Source of the DNA: Candidatus Omnitrophota bacterium
GTDB taxonomy: Bacteria; Omnitrophota; Gorgyraeia; Gygaellales; Profunditerraquicolaceae
Length of the DNA: 64,000 bases
Direction of reading: 5' to 3'
NCBI GenBank assembly: GCA_042577285.1
Contig: JBHPDM010000003.1
Location: forward strand, 825-64,824
Part shown: positions 36,644 through 45,916 of the stretch, one piece after another
How positions within the stretch are numbered: position 1 is the stretch's first letter
Layout: the number at the start of each line of letters is the position of its first letter
Notes under the pieces: model-generated
Database searches by the model: none
Seen by the model: the letters and a program-made list of their open reading frames with translations, nothing else
What the model was told of the DNA's origin: nothing
Position numbers and translations under genes: made by a program

Positions 36644-36710
36644 CCGAATTTTCTTGATAACCGCTATATTCAGCCTTATAATACATATCGGTAAATAGCA
36701 AGAGGTTTCC
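36644..36710 (+). promoter_or_regulatory. 67-bp promoter/leader cassette, copy B (TTGATA-17-TATAAT)
   Basis: Near-identical to 34642..34708. -35 at 36654..36659 and -10 at 36677..36682. It lies upstream of the glucan phosphorylase gene. Confidence 0.6.
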
Positions 36711-36732
36711 TCTAAAATAATCCAATACAAAA

Positions 36733-38760
36733 ATGGCAGTCGCTGATCTGACGAAGAAAGATAAAATGTTATCCGAATTTCTCTCCCTGGTGGATGTAGA
36801 GAGATTTGAAGATATCTACAGCCAGGATATCGCAGGAGGGAGATTCTTCGGCATGCCGATGGAAGCGATCATCAACGCTGAAAAGCGCCTGCGCGCTAAA
36901 GATGAAAAATGCATCGCTTACTTCTCTATGGAGTACGGCCTGGGCTCTAATTTTTACTCAAAATTCACGGCTAAGCGTCCGGTCGAGCCGAATAATAAAA
37001 TGCATAAGCACAAGGTCTTTTCAAATTTCCGTCAGGCGGATTATTCCTATACCCTGGACCTGAAGAACCTGATCGACCTGCCCATATACAGCGGCGGATT
37101 GGGGGTTTTAGCGGGCGATACAGTCAAGACCATGGCCGACTATAAACTGCCGGCTGTAGGCGTGGGCATGCTCTGGAATACGGGTTATTTCAGGCAGAAG
37201 TTCTGGTTTAAATACGGCCAGCTTCCGGAGAAGATACATTGGGATCTTTACTCATATCCCGGCCTGATACCATTAAAGAACAGGGTCAAGATCTCATTGA
37301 AGAGCGAGGAGATATACCTGCGCCTATGGAAGTATTACATATATAGTTATAAACGTGATTACGCCGTACCGCTGGTGCTGCTTGATTCGAATATCGAAGA
37401 GAACAATAAAAAGAACCGGCAGCTTACCGATCAGCTTTACAGAAGCGATAATGCCTGGATCAGGATCATGCAGAGGGTGATCCTCGGGATGGGGGGAGTC
37501 GCGGCGTTAAAAGGTTTAGATTACAGCATCGATGCGATGCATTTAAACGAAGGGCATGCGATATTCACTTTTGTAGAAAAGGCCAGGGGGCTTCCCGCAA
37601 GCGATCTGGAGAAGCTCAAGAAACATTTCTTCTATACCTGCCATACGCCGGTGCAGGCCGGACACGACCGCTTCTCTCCCGGGGATCTGAGCAACGTGAT
37701 AAAGGAGGAGGATTTTAAGCTGGTGCAGGAATACGGTACGGATAAAGACGGCCTGATCAACCTTACCCTTCTATCTATGAACGTCTCTTGCGTAATAAAT
37801 GCTGTCTCAAAGGGGCACCAGAAGGTGATGCATCTGCAGTTCCCGGACCACAGAAAAGCGATAAAGTACGTCACAAACGGAGTGCACGCGCACACCTGGA
37901 TCTCTGATAGGTTTAAAGACCTCTTTAATAAATACGCTTCCGAATTAGGCGACATAAAGGCAAATCCGATGGCCTTAAATAAAGTGCAGCGCCTTAAAGG
38001 TAAGCGCGAATTCCGCCTTGACCTCTGGCAGGCACATCAGGAGAATAAGGCCGAGCTCTGCAATATGCTGCACAGCTGGAAGCTCGATAAGGATATCTTT
38101 ACTATCTGCTGGGCGAGGAGGATCGCAGCCTATAAAAGGCCCAGCATGATACTTCATGATACCGAAAGGCTTATCGATATTGCAAAGCGGATAGGCCCGA
38201 TACAGGTGATCTTCGCCGGCAAGGCGCATCCTAATGATGACCTCGGGTTTACCTACATAAACGAGATGCTGGATAGAGTCGACGCTCTTGCAAAGGAATA
38301 TGGTTGCCTTAAGTTTATTATGCTTGAGAATTACGAGACCCTGCTTGCTAAAATCCTGACTTCAAGCGTCGATGTCTGGCTGAACAATCCCCTTCCGCCG
38401 TTTGAGGCCTCCGGAACCAGCGGGATGAAGGCGATTCTAAACGGCGTTCTGCAGTTGACTACCCTTGACGGCTGGGTTCCCGAGGCGGCAAACAGAGATA
38501 TCGGCAGGTTCTTCGGATATAAAAATGAAGACGGCGTATTAGACAAGGAACTTAATCTGCGCATCAGTGAGGACGCTGAAAAACTTTATGAGGCATTAAC
38601 CGGCATGGTAGAACTGTATTATAAGACAAATAATAAGGGCGGAGTCGATATATCTTCTAAATGGATCGAGATGATGATAAATTGCATCTCTTGCTCCGGA
38701 GACTTTAGTACCTACAGGATGCTCGATGAATATAAGCGTAAGATCTGGAGGAGGCCTTGA
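36733..38760 (+). CDS. glgP: Alpha-glucan phosphorylase (GT35, short alpha-glucan family type)
   Basis: PLP-lysine region FEASGTSGMKAILNG, GGLG.LAGD, and HEGH-like NEGHA motifs. Confidence 0.88.
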   Translation: MAVADLTKKDKMLSEFLSLVDVERFEDIYSQDIAGGRFFGMPMEAIINAEKRLRAKDEKCIAYFSMEYGLGSNFYSKFTAKRPVEPNNKMHKHKVFSNFRQADYSYTLDLKNLIDLPIYSGGLGVLAGDTVKTMADYKLPAVGVGMLWNTGYFRQKFWFKYGQLPEKIHWDLYSYPGLIPLKNRVKISLKSEEIYLRLWKYYIYSYKRDYAVPLVLLDSNIEENNKKNRQLTDQLYRSDNAWIRIMQRVILGMGGVAALKGLDYSIDAMHLNEGHAIFTFVEKARGLPASDLEKLKKHFFYTCHTPVQAGHDRFSPGDLSNVIKEEDFKLVQEYGTDKDGLINLTLLSMNVSCVINAVSKGHQKVMHLQFPDHRKAIKYVTNGVHAHTWISDRFKDLFNKYASELGDIKANPMALNKVQRLKGKREFRLDLWQAHQENKAELCNMLHSWKLDKDIFTICWARRIAAYKRPSMILHDTERLIDIAKRIGPIQVIFAGKAHPNDDLGFTYINEMLDRVDALAKEYGCLKFIMLENYETLLAKILTSSVDVWLNNPLPPFEASGTSGMKAILNGVLQLTTLDGWVPEAANRDIGRFFGYKNEDGVLDKELNLRISEDAEKLYEALTGMVELYYKTNNKGGVDISSKWIEMMINCISCSGDFSTYRMLDEYKRKIWRRP

Positions 38761-39515
38761 GTAGGGGGAAGGGTTCGACAAAGAATTCCATGCTGCTCTA
38801 CGGAAAGAACTCAGTCTTTGAGCGGTTAAAGGCAGACCCGCAGAGTATTAAAAAGGTCTTCCTGTTGGATAATTTTGCTGCGCCGCATATAGAGGAGTTG
38901 ATCGGGAAGAAAAATATCCCTTGCGCTCGCCTCGGCTTCAGAGAGTTGAATAAGATCAAGCCCTCTAAAGACCTGCAGGGAATAGTCGCCCAAGTCGATA
39001 GCTTCAGATACGCTGATTTTGACAGTCTGCTTGAGGATCAGCCCGGGAAACAGGCCGCGCTTATCCTTTTGGATAGGATAAATGATCCCCAGAATTTAGG
39101 AGCGATTATCCGTACTGCTGCCTGTTTTGGAGGGTTTGCGGTGGTGATCCCGAAGTTTGAGGCCTGCGAAGTCACTGAGGCGGTTCTGCATGTAGCTTCG
39201 GGCGGGGAAAATTTTGTCCCGGTATCCATGGTATCGAATCTTGCCAATTGCCTGATCAAGGCGAAGAAGAAGGAGTACTGGGTCATCGGGGGGATTATCG
39301 GCGAAGAGGCGCAATACTTAAATAAGATCTCTATTCCTTACCCATTAGCGTTGGTACTCGGCTCTGAGGGGGGAGGGGTCCGCCACGGCCTTGAAAAACA
39401 TCTTGATATAAAAGCGCGCATCCCGATGAGTGGGGCCGATCTTTCCTTTAATGTCGCTCAAGCCTGCGCTGTATTTTGTTATGAGATCGTAAGGCAAAGG
39501 GAAAAAATTTATTAA
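38757..39515 (+). CDS. rlmB: 23S rRNA 2'-O-ribose methyltransferase, SpoU/TrmH family (RlmB-like)
   Basis: LYGKNSV.ERL N-terminal substrate-binding domain, DPQNLGAIIRTA, LVLGSEG.G and LNV..A SpoU motifs. The start is TTG 38757 or ATG 38790. Confidence 0.85.
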   Translation: MSRGKGSTKNSMLLYGKNSVFERLKADPQSIKKVFLLDNFAAPHIEELIGKKNIPCARLGFRELNKIKPSKDLQGIVAQVDSFRYADFDSLLEDQPGKQAALILLDRINDPQNLGAIIRTAACFGGFAVVIPKFEACEVTEAVLHVASGGENFVPVSMVSNLANCLIKAKKKEYWVIGGIIGEEAQYLNKISIPYPLALVLGSEGGGVRHGLEKHLDIKARIPMSGADLSFNVAQACAVFCYEIVRQREKIY

Positions 39516-39546
39516 GCGGATTTATTTTGTGGTATAATACGCGCAT

Positions 39547-40233
39547 ATGATAGCACTATTCAGTTTATTGGCGATCATCGGCTTATCTATCGTGGTCGTG
39601 CGTATCGGGGCGATCGCTCTTGAGCTTACCGGTCTTTCACCCGAGATAGCTTCCTTCCAGGCCCTATCAGCGTTTTCAGGAGCCGGCTTTACTACTACAG
39701 AGGCAGAAACACTCGTCACCCATCCGGTGCGCAGGCGGATCATCCGCATCCTGATCCTTTTAGGAAGTGCCGGGATCACCACTTGTATCGCCACCCTGGT
39801 CTTGACCTTTGTCAGAGGCACAGGGCAGGATGCGCTTTATAAGGCGTCTACCCTGGCTATCGGGATCCTGATCCTTCTGCTTTTTGCGCGTTCTGCTATT
39901 ATATACAGGCTGATGAGGAAGGTGATCAGTAATGCCCTGAAGAAGTGGACCGGGCTGCACGTCTTTGATTATGAACAGATCCTGGGTCTCAGTCAAGGCT
40001 ACACCATATCCCGGATCGTGGTAAGACATGATTGCGGAATGAGTAACAAAAAATTGAGTGAATTGAAGCTGGAGAAGGATGGCGTATTAGTCCTTGCGAT
40101 CTACCGTAAGGTCAATGGTAAGGAGAAGTTTATCGGAGGTACTACCGGAGATACGTTGATCAAGACCCAGGATGTCTTGATATGTTATTCCCGCCAGGAT
40201 GCAGGTAAGGACCTCGCCGAGAAGTGCCGGTAA
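39547..40233 (+). CDS. Membrane protein with a C-terminal TrkA-C (RCK_C) domain
   Basis: Three or four N-terminal hydrophobic helices, then an RCK_C-like pattern (ISRIVV..S....KKLSEL.LEKDGVLVLAIYR..). Confidence 0.65.
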   Translation: MIALFSLLAIIGLSIVVVRIGAIALELTGLSPEIASFQALSAFSGAGFTTTEAETLVTHPVRRRIIRILILLGSAGITTCIATLVLTFVRGTGQDALYKASTLAIGILILLLFARSAIIYRLMRKVISNALKKWTGLHVFDYEQILGLSQGYTISRIVVRHDCGMSNKKLSELKLEKDGVLVLAIYRKVNGKEKFIGGTTGDTLIKTQDVLICYSRQDAGKDLAEKCR

Positions 40234-40261
40234 CTTTCACCCACTGACAAAGGAGGAGGAA

Positions 40262-41227
40262 GTGTCGATCAAGGAGATAACAGAAAAAGAGCTGGATACC
40301 AAAAAGTTTGTCGAAGAGAAATCAAAGGAGATCTCTGCGCTAGTCGGCGAAGGCTTAGCGATCAATGCCCTCTCAGGCGGCGTTGATTCTTCTGCAGTCA
40401 CCATGTTAGGCCATAAAGCATTAGGTACCAGGCTTAAGACCTATTTTGTGGACAACGGCATAATGAGGAAGGATGAACCACAGCAGATCGTATCTTTATT
40501 TAAGAAATTAGGCGTTAATGTAGAGATAGTAGATGCGAAAAATGATTTTTTTGATGCCTTTAAGGGCGTAACTGACCCGGAAGAGAAGCGGGAGGCGGTA
40601 ACCCAGACTTTTTACAAGAAAGTATTCGGCAGGCTGGTACGGATGAGTAATGCAAAGTTCCTTTTGCAGGGGACGATACTCACTGATGTGGATGAGACCG
40701 TTGCCGGCATTAAAAGGCAGCATAATGTCTTTGAGCAGATTGGAATCGACCCGCAGGAGGCATTTGGCTATAAGATCATCGAGCCCTTGATCCAGTTGCG
40801 TAAAGACGGGGTAAGGAAGGTCGCAGAAGGCTTAGGCCTACCAAAATCTAACTTTAACCGGATGCCCTTCCCTGGGCCTGCACTTGCAACTAGGGTGATC
40901 GGAGAGGTCACTCCCGAGAGGATAGAGACGGTGAGGCTTGCCACAGCGATCACTGAAGAAGAGCTTAAAGATGTAAAGGCTTTTCAGTATATGGCGATCC
41001 TGCACCAGGATCGGGTCACTGGGATGCGCGACGGAAAGAGGGATTTCGGGCTGCAGATCGAGGTGCGCTGCTGGGATAGCGTTGACGCAAGGATCGCAAA
41101 GCCGGTAAGGGTGCCATATGAGACCCTGGAGAAGCTATCTAAGCGTATGGTCACTGAGGTCCCGGGCGTGGTAAGCGTTACCTATAATATAACTACAAAA
41201 CCACCGTCGACACTAGAGGTCATATAG
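40262..41227 (+). CDS. guaA: GMP synthase ATP-pyrophosphatase subunit (subunit B type, no glutamine amidotransferase domain)
   Basis: GTG start after AAAGGAGGAGGAA. PP-loop SGGVDSS, a C-terminal dimerisation-domain pattern (IEPL..L.KD.VR..A..LGLP, PFPGPALA.RV) and no GATase sequence in the ORF. Confidence 0.85.
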   Translation: MSIKEITEKELDTKKFVEEKSKEISALVGEGLAINALSGGVDSSAVTMLGHKALGTRLKTYFVDNGIMRKDEPQQIVSLFKKLGVNVEIVDAKNDFFDAFKGVTDPEEKREAVTQTFYKKVFGRLVRMSNAKFLLQGTILTDVDETVAGIKRQHNVFEQIGIDPQEAFGYKIIEPLIQLRKDGVRKVAEGLGLPKSNFNRMPFPGPALATRVIGEVTPERIETVRLATAITEEELKDVKAFQYMAILHQDRVTGMRDGKRDFGLQIEVRCWDSVDARIAKPVRVPYETLEKLSKRMVTEVPGVVSVTYNITTKPPSTLEVI

Positions 41228-42064
41228 TCTTTTTATATCTCTGATCACTTCGATTGTGATCGAATCAGGCGTTGATGCTCCGGAAGCCACCCCCACGCTC
41301 TTTGCCCCCTTAAACCAAACTTTCTTTATCTCTTTGGCGGATTGGATCCAGTAGGTCTTTCTATTCAGCGATCTTGAGATCTCGTAGAGCCTTTTTGTGT
41401 TAGCGCTGGTCCTGGAGCCGATGATCACCATACAATCGTTCTTCAGCGGCATCCTCTTGATCTCTGCCTGTCTTTTACGGGTGGGATTACAGATAGTGTT
41501 GAAAAACCTTAAATCCCCTATATGCGGCCTGAGGATCTTGATGATCTCCAAGACCCTATCAAGATTGTGCGTTGATTGCACTACCACGCAGGCCTTGCCA
41601 TATCTTCTTATCCGGCCCAGTGGGATATGCCTGATACTATCGATAACGGTCGCTTTTTTCTTTAATTGTCCGATGATCCCCAGGACTTCATCATGTCTTT
41701 TATCCCCGATCACGATGATCCTGTAGCCATTTTTCTCCATCCCCCTAGCGATCTTATGTATTTCTTTGACCATCGGGCAGGTGGCGTCGATTACCCGAAA
41801 CTTTAGCCTTTTCGCTTCTCTGATCGTATCTGTAGAGATCCCGTGAGCGCGCACCAGGAGAGTCTTACCTTTACCCGGGAAAAGTCTATTTATCTTTCTT
41901 ATGCCGGCTCGTTCTATTGTCTTGACTACATGCTCGTTGTGTACGATGTCACCCAGCATATAGACCTGGCGCCTGCTATCAGCCGTCTTTAAAGCGATAT
42001 CCAGCGCCCGCCTTACCCCGAAGCAGAAACCCGCATTCCTAGCTAAATTTATTTTTAAAATCAT
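41213..42064 (-). CDS. ispH: 4-hydroxy-3-methylbut-2-enyl diphosphate reductase
   Basis: GFCFGV.RA, IVHN..V, DATCP.V and SSNT-like SANTKRL motifs. Confidence 0.93.
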   Translation of the reverse strand: MILKINLARNAGFCFGVRRALDIALKTADSRRQVYMLGDIVHNEHVVKTIERAGIRKINRLFPGKGKTLLVRAHGISTDTIREAKRLKFRVIDATCPMVKEIHKIARGMEKNGYRIIVIGDKRHDEVLGIIGQLKKKATVIDSIRHIPLGRIRRYGKACVVVQSTHNLDRVLEIIKILRPHIGDLRFFNTICNPTRKRQAEIKRMPLKNDCMVIIGSRTSANTKRLYEISRSLNRKTYWIQSAKEIKKVWFKGAKSVGVASGASTPDSITIEVIRDIKRLYDL

Positions 42065-42159
42065 GATCTTTATGTTAACATATAGTCAGTAGCAGGGCAA
42101 AGAATTATTTGTGTATTTACGGATGTGTGGTATCATAATAAAAAAATAGGAGGTATTTC

Positions 42160-43374
42160 ATGTTACGATGCATTGAGGATTATGCCGATATCGTAGGGGA
42201 GAAGGTAATCGCTGATATCTATAAGAAAGCGCACGGCCTTTACAACATGCACGTCAGCCATGTCAATTCCACCTTTATGGGCGGCGGTGTGGCCGAGATC
42301 CTCAGCCGCCTGGTTCCATTTATGAACGGTGTGGGTATAGACACCGAATGGGGGATAATCCACGGCAACCCTGCGTTCTTTGAGGTGACTAAGAAATTCC
42401 ATAATGCTCTGCAGGGCGGAGATATCCATCTTACGGAGATGAAGAAGAATCTTTATCTTAACGTAAACCAGGAATATGCGGGTTACGCGCACCTGAATTA
42501 CCGAGATTGCGTGATCATCCACGACCCGCAGCCGCTCCCCTTAATCAGGTTCTCCAGAAAGCGCCAGCCATGGATCTGGAGGTGCCATATAGACCTATCA
42601 AATCCCAATAAGGAATTATGGGATTTTCTTAAGAAATACATGCTTAGGTATAATCTGATCATCGTCTCCAGCGAGAAATTCAAGAAATCGTCCCTTCCTG
42701 TCGAACAGAGGGTAATACATCCTGCGATCGATCCGCTTTCATTAAAGAACCGGGAACTCTCAAAGCAGGATATCGCCAAATATATAAAGAAGTCAGGCAT
42801 CCCGACCGATAAACCGATAATCGCCCAGGTATCGCGGATGGACCCCTGGAAGGATCCTGAGGGGGTGCTCGAGGTATTTCGGATCGTAAAGAAAAAAGTA
42901 GATTGCCGTCTGCTCTATTGTTATAACCTGGCCACTGATGATCCCGAAGGCATGGATATATATAACAGAGTGAGCAAAAAGGCAAAGGACCTCATCGGAA
43001 ACGGAGATGTTATATTTGTATTGGGGAATAACGATATTCTGGTCAACGCCGTCCAGAGATTCTGCGACGTGATCCTGCAGAAGTCGATCAAAGAGGGCTT
43101 CAGTCTTACCACCACCGAGGCGCTCTGGAAGGGCAAGCCCGTAGTCGCCGGCAATGTGGGAGGTATCCCTGCCCAGATAAATGACGGGGAAAATGGATTC
43201 CTCGTTGAGCCTGACGACTACAAGAAGTGCGCCGACAGGGTGATTGAGATCCTTAAAAAACCTAACCTGGCAAAGGAGCTCGGCAATAAAGCCAGGGAAA
43301 CGGTAAAGAAAAAGTTCCTGATCACCAGGCTGCTCTCCGATTATCTGGACCTGCTCGTCGAAGTATTGCAGTAA
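42160..43374 (+). CDS. GT4 family glycosyltransferase, TreT (trehalose synthase)-like
   Basis: HDPQP motif and a C-terminal GT-B E-x7-E region (EGFSLTTTEALWKGKPVV). The TreT likeness is from memory only. Confidence 0.55.
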   Translation: MLRCIEDYADIVGEKVIADIYKKAHGLYNMHVSHVNSTFMGGGVAEILSRLVPFMNGVGIDTEWGIIHGNPAFFEVTKKFHNALQGGDIHLTEMKKNLYLNVNQEYAGYAHLNYRDCVIIHDPQPLPLIRFSRKRQPWIWRCHIDLSNPNKELWDFLKKYMLRYNLIIVSSEKFKKSSLPVEQRVIHPAIDPLSLKNRELSKQDIAKYIKKSGIPTDKPIIAQVSRMDPWKDPEGVLEVFRIVKKKVDCRLLYCYNLATDDPEGMDIYNRVSKKAKDLIGNGDVIFVLGNNDILVNAVQRFCDVILQKSIKEGFSLTTTEALWKGKPVVAGNVGGIPAQINDGENGFLVEPDDYKKCADRVIEILKKPNLAKELGNKARETVKKKFLITRLLSDYLDLLVEVLQ

Positions 43375-43380
43375 GCGTCC

Positions 43381-45837
43381 ATGAGAAAAAGAATCCTCAT
43401 CGGCCTGCTGATCATCGCCTTGATAGTTACTGGCGCCCTGATCTATGTAAATAAGGTAATCCTTCCCACAAGAGTCAAATCCCTGATCATCGCAAAACTC
43501 CAGGATTTCACCGGCAAGAGCGTCAGCCTTGACGCTGTCCGGATCGATCTATTCAAGGGGCTGGTATTAGATGGCCTCACTCTTTATGAAGGGGAAGACC
43601 CCCTTGTCAGTATCGATCAGCTCTCAAGCCAGCTTTTGATCATCCCGATATTTAAAAAGAGGATCATCTCGCCTGCCATCAAGGTCAGGTCTGCCGTGAT
43701 CCATCTGGAGCGCAGGCAGGATAATACCTATAACCTCGCGGACCTGTTTACCGGTATTCCGGCGCCCAAAGAGGAAGCTAAGTTCAGCTTCCTGGCCTAT
43801 AAGCTGCTGGTTGCTGATGCAAGAGTCGTCTTCAAGGACAATACGCTTTCTCCGGCATTTACCAGGGATTTAGATAAACTACAGGCAGTATTCTATTTTT
43901 CGCTCCCTGCCAGCATAAAGTTCCGGCTTAAATTCCAGATCCCCGCAGAAGAGCCGATCAAGATAAACGCTTCCGGAGAGTATGATATCGCAGGCGCCGG
44001 CCTGCTGGCAAAGTTAAGCATTAAAGGATTCTCTTTTAAGGAATTTCTCGCTTATTCCAAGGGAATCGCTGCTTGGGATCCGAAAGGGGCGGTGGATCTT
44101 CTTGCCGATATCCGCTTTAAAGACGGGAAGCTTTCAGCTGACGTAGATTTAGAAGCGCCGCAGCTTGATCTTAACGCGCAAGGATTCTCACTGGAATTGC
44201 ACACCCAGGCCAGGGCCAGGTTGGAATTTCAGCTTGATAGCAGGAAGATGGGTTATTCAGGAACAGCCAGGGTCAGCGACTCTATTATTTCCGGCCTAGA
44301 GTCAATAGGTAAGATCAGCGCTGTAAGCGGGAAATTCGCCTTTGATAATACCGGTGTCTCTTCAGACGACTTAAGTGCAGTTGTCCTCGGTCTTCCGGTC
44401 CAGGCCAGGTTGAAGTTAAAAGGCCTAATTTTGCGGATCGATGCTGATACCGCATTCGGCCTCGCCAGCGCAAAACAGATATTAGAGAAAAACTTTAAGG
44501 TGAGCCTGCCGGTAGGGGCAGAGGGTGAGGGCAAGCTGTCTCTTTTGGTAGAAAGGGATTTTCTCTCCGCTAAACCTCTAGCCTTAAGCGGTTCTTTAGG
44601 CATAACCAACGCCAGATTTAAGTCTGCCATTGCAGATGCATATATCGAAAGCGTCAACGGCAGGGTCGATTTTACCCGCAACAGCCTAAAGTGGTCTGAT
44701 CTGGATTTCAAATACGCGCAAGTCTCCTATAAAAGCAGCGGAACACTGGTTGATTTTCAGGATCCTAAGGTAAAATTGGCTTTGGGATCCCGCGAACTTA
44801 AATTGCAATCCGATTTCAGCGTTAAGGACAAGTTCGTCAAGGTATCTAAGTGTTCGGGGAGTTTCTTGAATTCGAAGTTTTCGCTTGTAGGCAACGTCGA
44901 TCGCAGTAGTTTCCCCGGAGTGAAGCTGGATATTGCAGGGATTTTAGACGTAGATCTCGATGATCTTAAGAAGGTCCTAAAGAAGCACAAAGAGCGCCTT
45001 GAGGAGTTAAAGCTTAAGGGTAAGATGCGTGTCGAATACAGTCTCCTCGGCAGAGTCGATGACCTAACGTCGGCTGCCATCCGGATACGGCTTATCAGTA
45101 ATTCGCTTTCCGTCTTTGGATTGAATCCGGATAACTTTGAGTTAGATTATGATCAATCCGAAGGACTGGCCCGGATCCCCCTGGCAAGTTTATCGCTTTA
45201 TGATGGGATATTCCAGATAAGGGGGAGGATGAACCTTGCTGCAAGAGAGCTCCCCTTCTGGGTCGAAGTGGGCATGGAGGGGATAAAACTCGAGAAGCTT
45301 AAGCTTGATACCAAATCAAAGAAAAAGGATATCTCAGGTACTGTTGCCGGAAAGACAAAGCTTCAAGGTTTTTTTGGGCATCCTGATAAATTAAGCGGGA
45401 GAGGCCAGCTTTTGATCACTGATGGAAGATTGTGGCAGCTGGATCTCTTCATGGGGCTGGGGAAGCTGCTCTTTATCAGCGATTTTTCCTCTGTCGTATT
45501 TAACGAAGGCTCCTGTTCTTTTGTAGTCAAAGAGAAAGAAGTTTTTATCGATGATGTCATCTTTCGAAGCAATCTTGCTGACTTAAGCGGCTCCGGCAGG
45601 ATAGGTTTTGACGGTTCGCTGGACGGAGTCCTTAGTGTGCACGTCAATGACGAAAACGCTCCGCTTGTCGGCACATTTAAGGATATAACCACCGCTATAG
45701 TCGGCCAGGCAGGCAGGTTCGGCACGATAAAGTTGAGCGGTACCCTTAAGGAGCCCAAATATAAGTTTAAAGCCGCTGTTGTCGATCTTCTCAAGGGCCT
45801 CAAGGATGCGATCCTTGGGATCCACTCCCCGCAATAG
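43381..45837 (+). CDS. AsmA/TamB-like large envelope protein
   Basis: An N-terminal TM anchor (ILIGLLIIALIVTGALIYV), then ~790 aa of beta-rich repetitive sequence with the C-terminal pattern typical of AsmA-like proteins. Confidence 0.6.
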   Translation: MRKRILIGLLIIALIVTGALIYVNKVILPTRVKSLIIAKLQDFTGKSVSLDAVRIDLFKGLVLDGLTLYEGEDPLVSIDQLSSQLLIIPIFKKRIISPAIKVRSAVIHLERRQDNTYNLADLFTGIPAPKEEAKFSFLAYKLLVADARVVFKDNTLSPAFTRDLDKLQAVFYFSLPASIKFRLKFQIPAEEPIKINASGEYDIAGAGLLAKLSIKGFSFKEFLAYSKGIAAWDPKGAVDLLADIRFKDGKLSADVDLEAPQLDLNAQGFSLELHTQARARLEFQLDSRKMGYSGTARVSDSIISGLESIGKISAVSGKFAFDNTGVSSDDLSAVVLGLPVQARLKLKGLILRIDADTAFGLASAKQILEKNFKVSLPVGAEGEGKLSLLVERDFLSAKPLALSGSLGITNARFKSAIADAYIESVNGRVDFTRNSLKWSDLDFKYAQVSYKSSGTLVDFQDPKVKLALGSRELKLQSDFSVKDKFVKVSKCSGSFLNSKFSLVGNVDRSSFPGVKLDIAGILDVDLDDLKKVLKKHKERLEELKLKGKMRVEYSLLGRVDDLTSAAIRIRLISNSLSVFGLNPDNFELDYDQSEGLARIPLASLSLYDGIFQIRGRMNLAARELPFWVEVGMEGIKLEKLKLDTKSKKKDISGTVAGKTKLQGFFGHPDKLSGRGQLLITDGRLWQLDLFMGLGKLLFISDFSSVVFNEGSCSFVVKEKEVFIDDVIFRSNLADLSGSGRIGFDGSLDGVLSVHVNDENAPLVGTFKDITTAIVGQAGRFGTIKLSGTLKEPKYKFKAAVVDLLKGLKDAILGIHSPQ

Positions 45838-45853
45838 AAAAAAATTGAATTCT

Positions 45854-45882
45854 GTTGCTTAATCTCAAAGTAAATATTATAA
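45854..45882 (+). promoter_or_regulatory. Sigma-70-type promoter for the extended EF-G gene
   Basis: TTGCTT, a 17-nt spacer, then TATAAT. Confidence 0.5.
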
Positions 45883-45916
45883 TATACGCATGCAAAATAC
45901 AACACACCGCTAAAAG

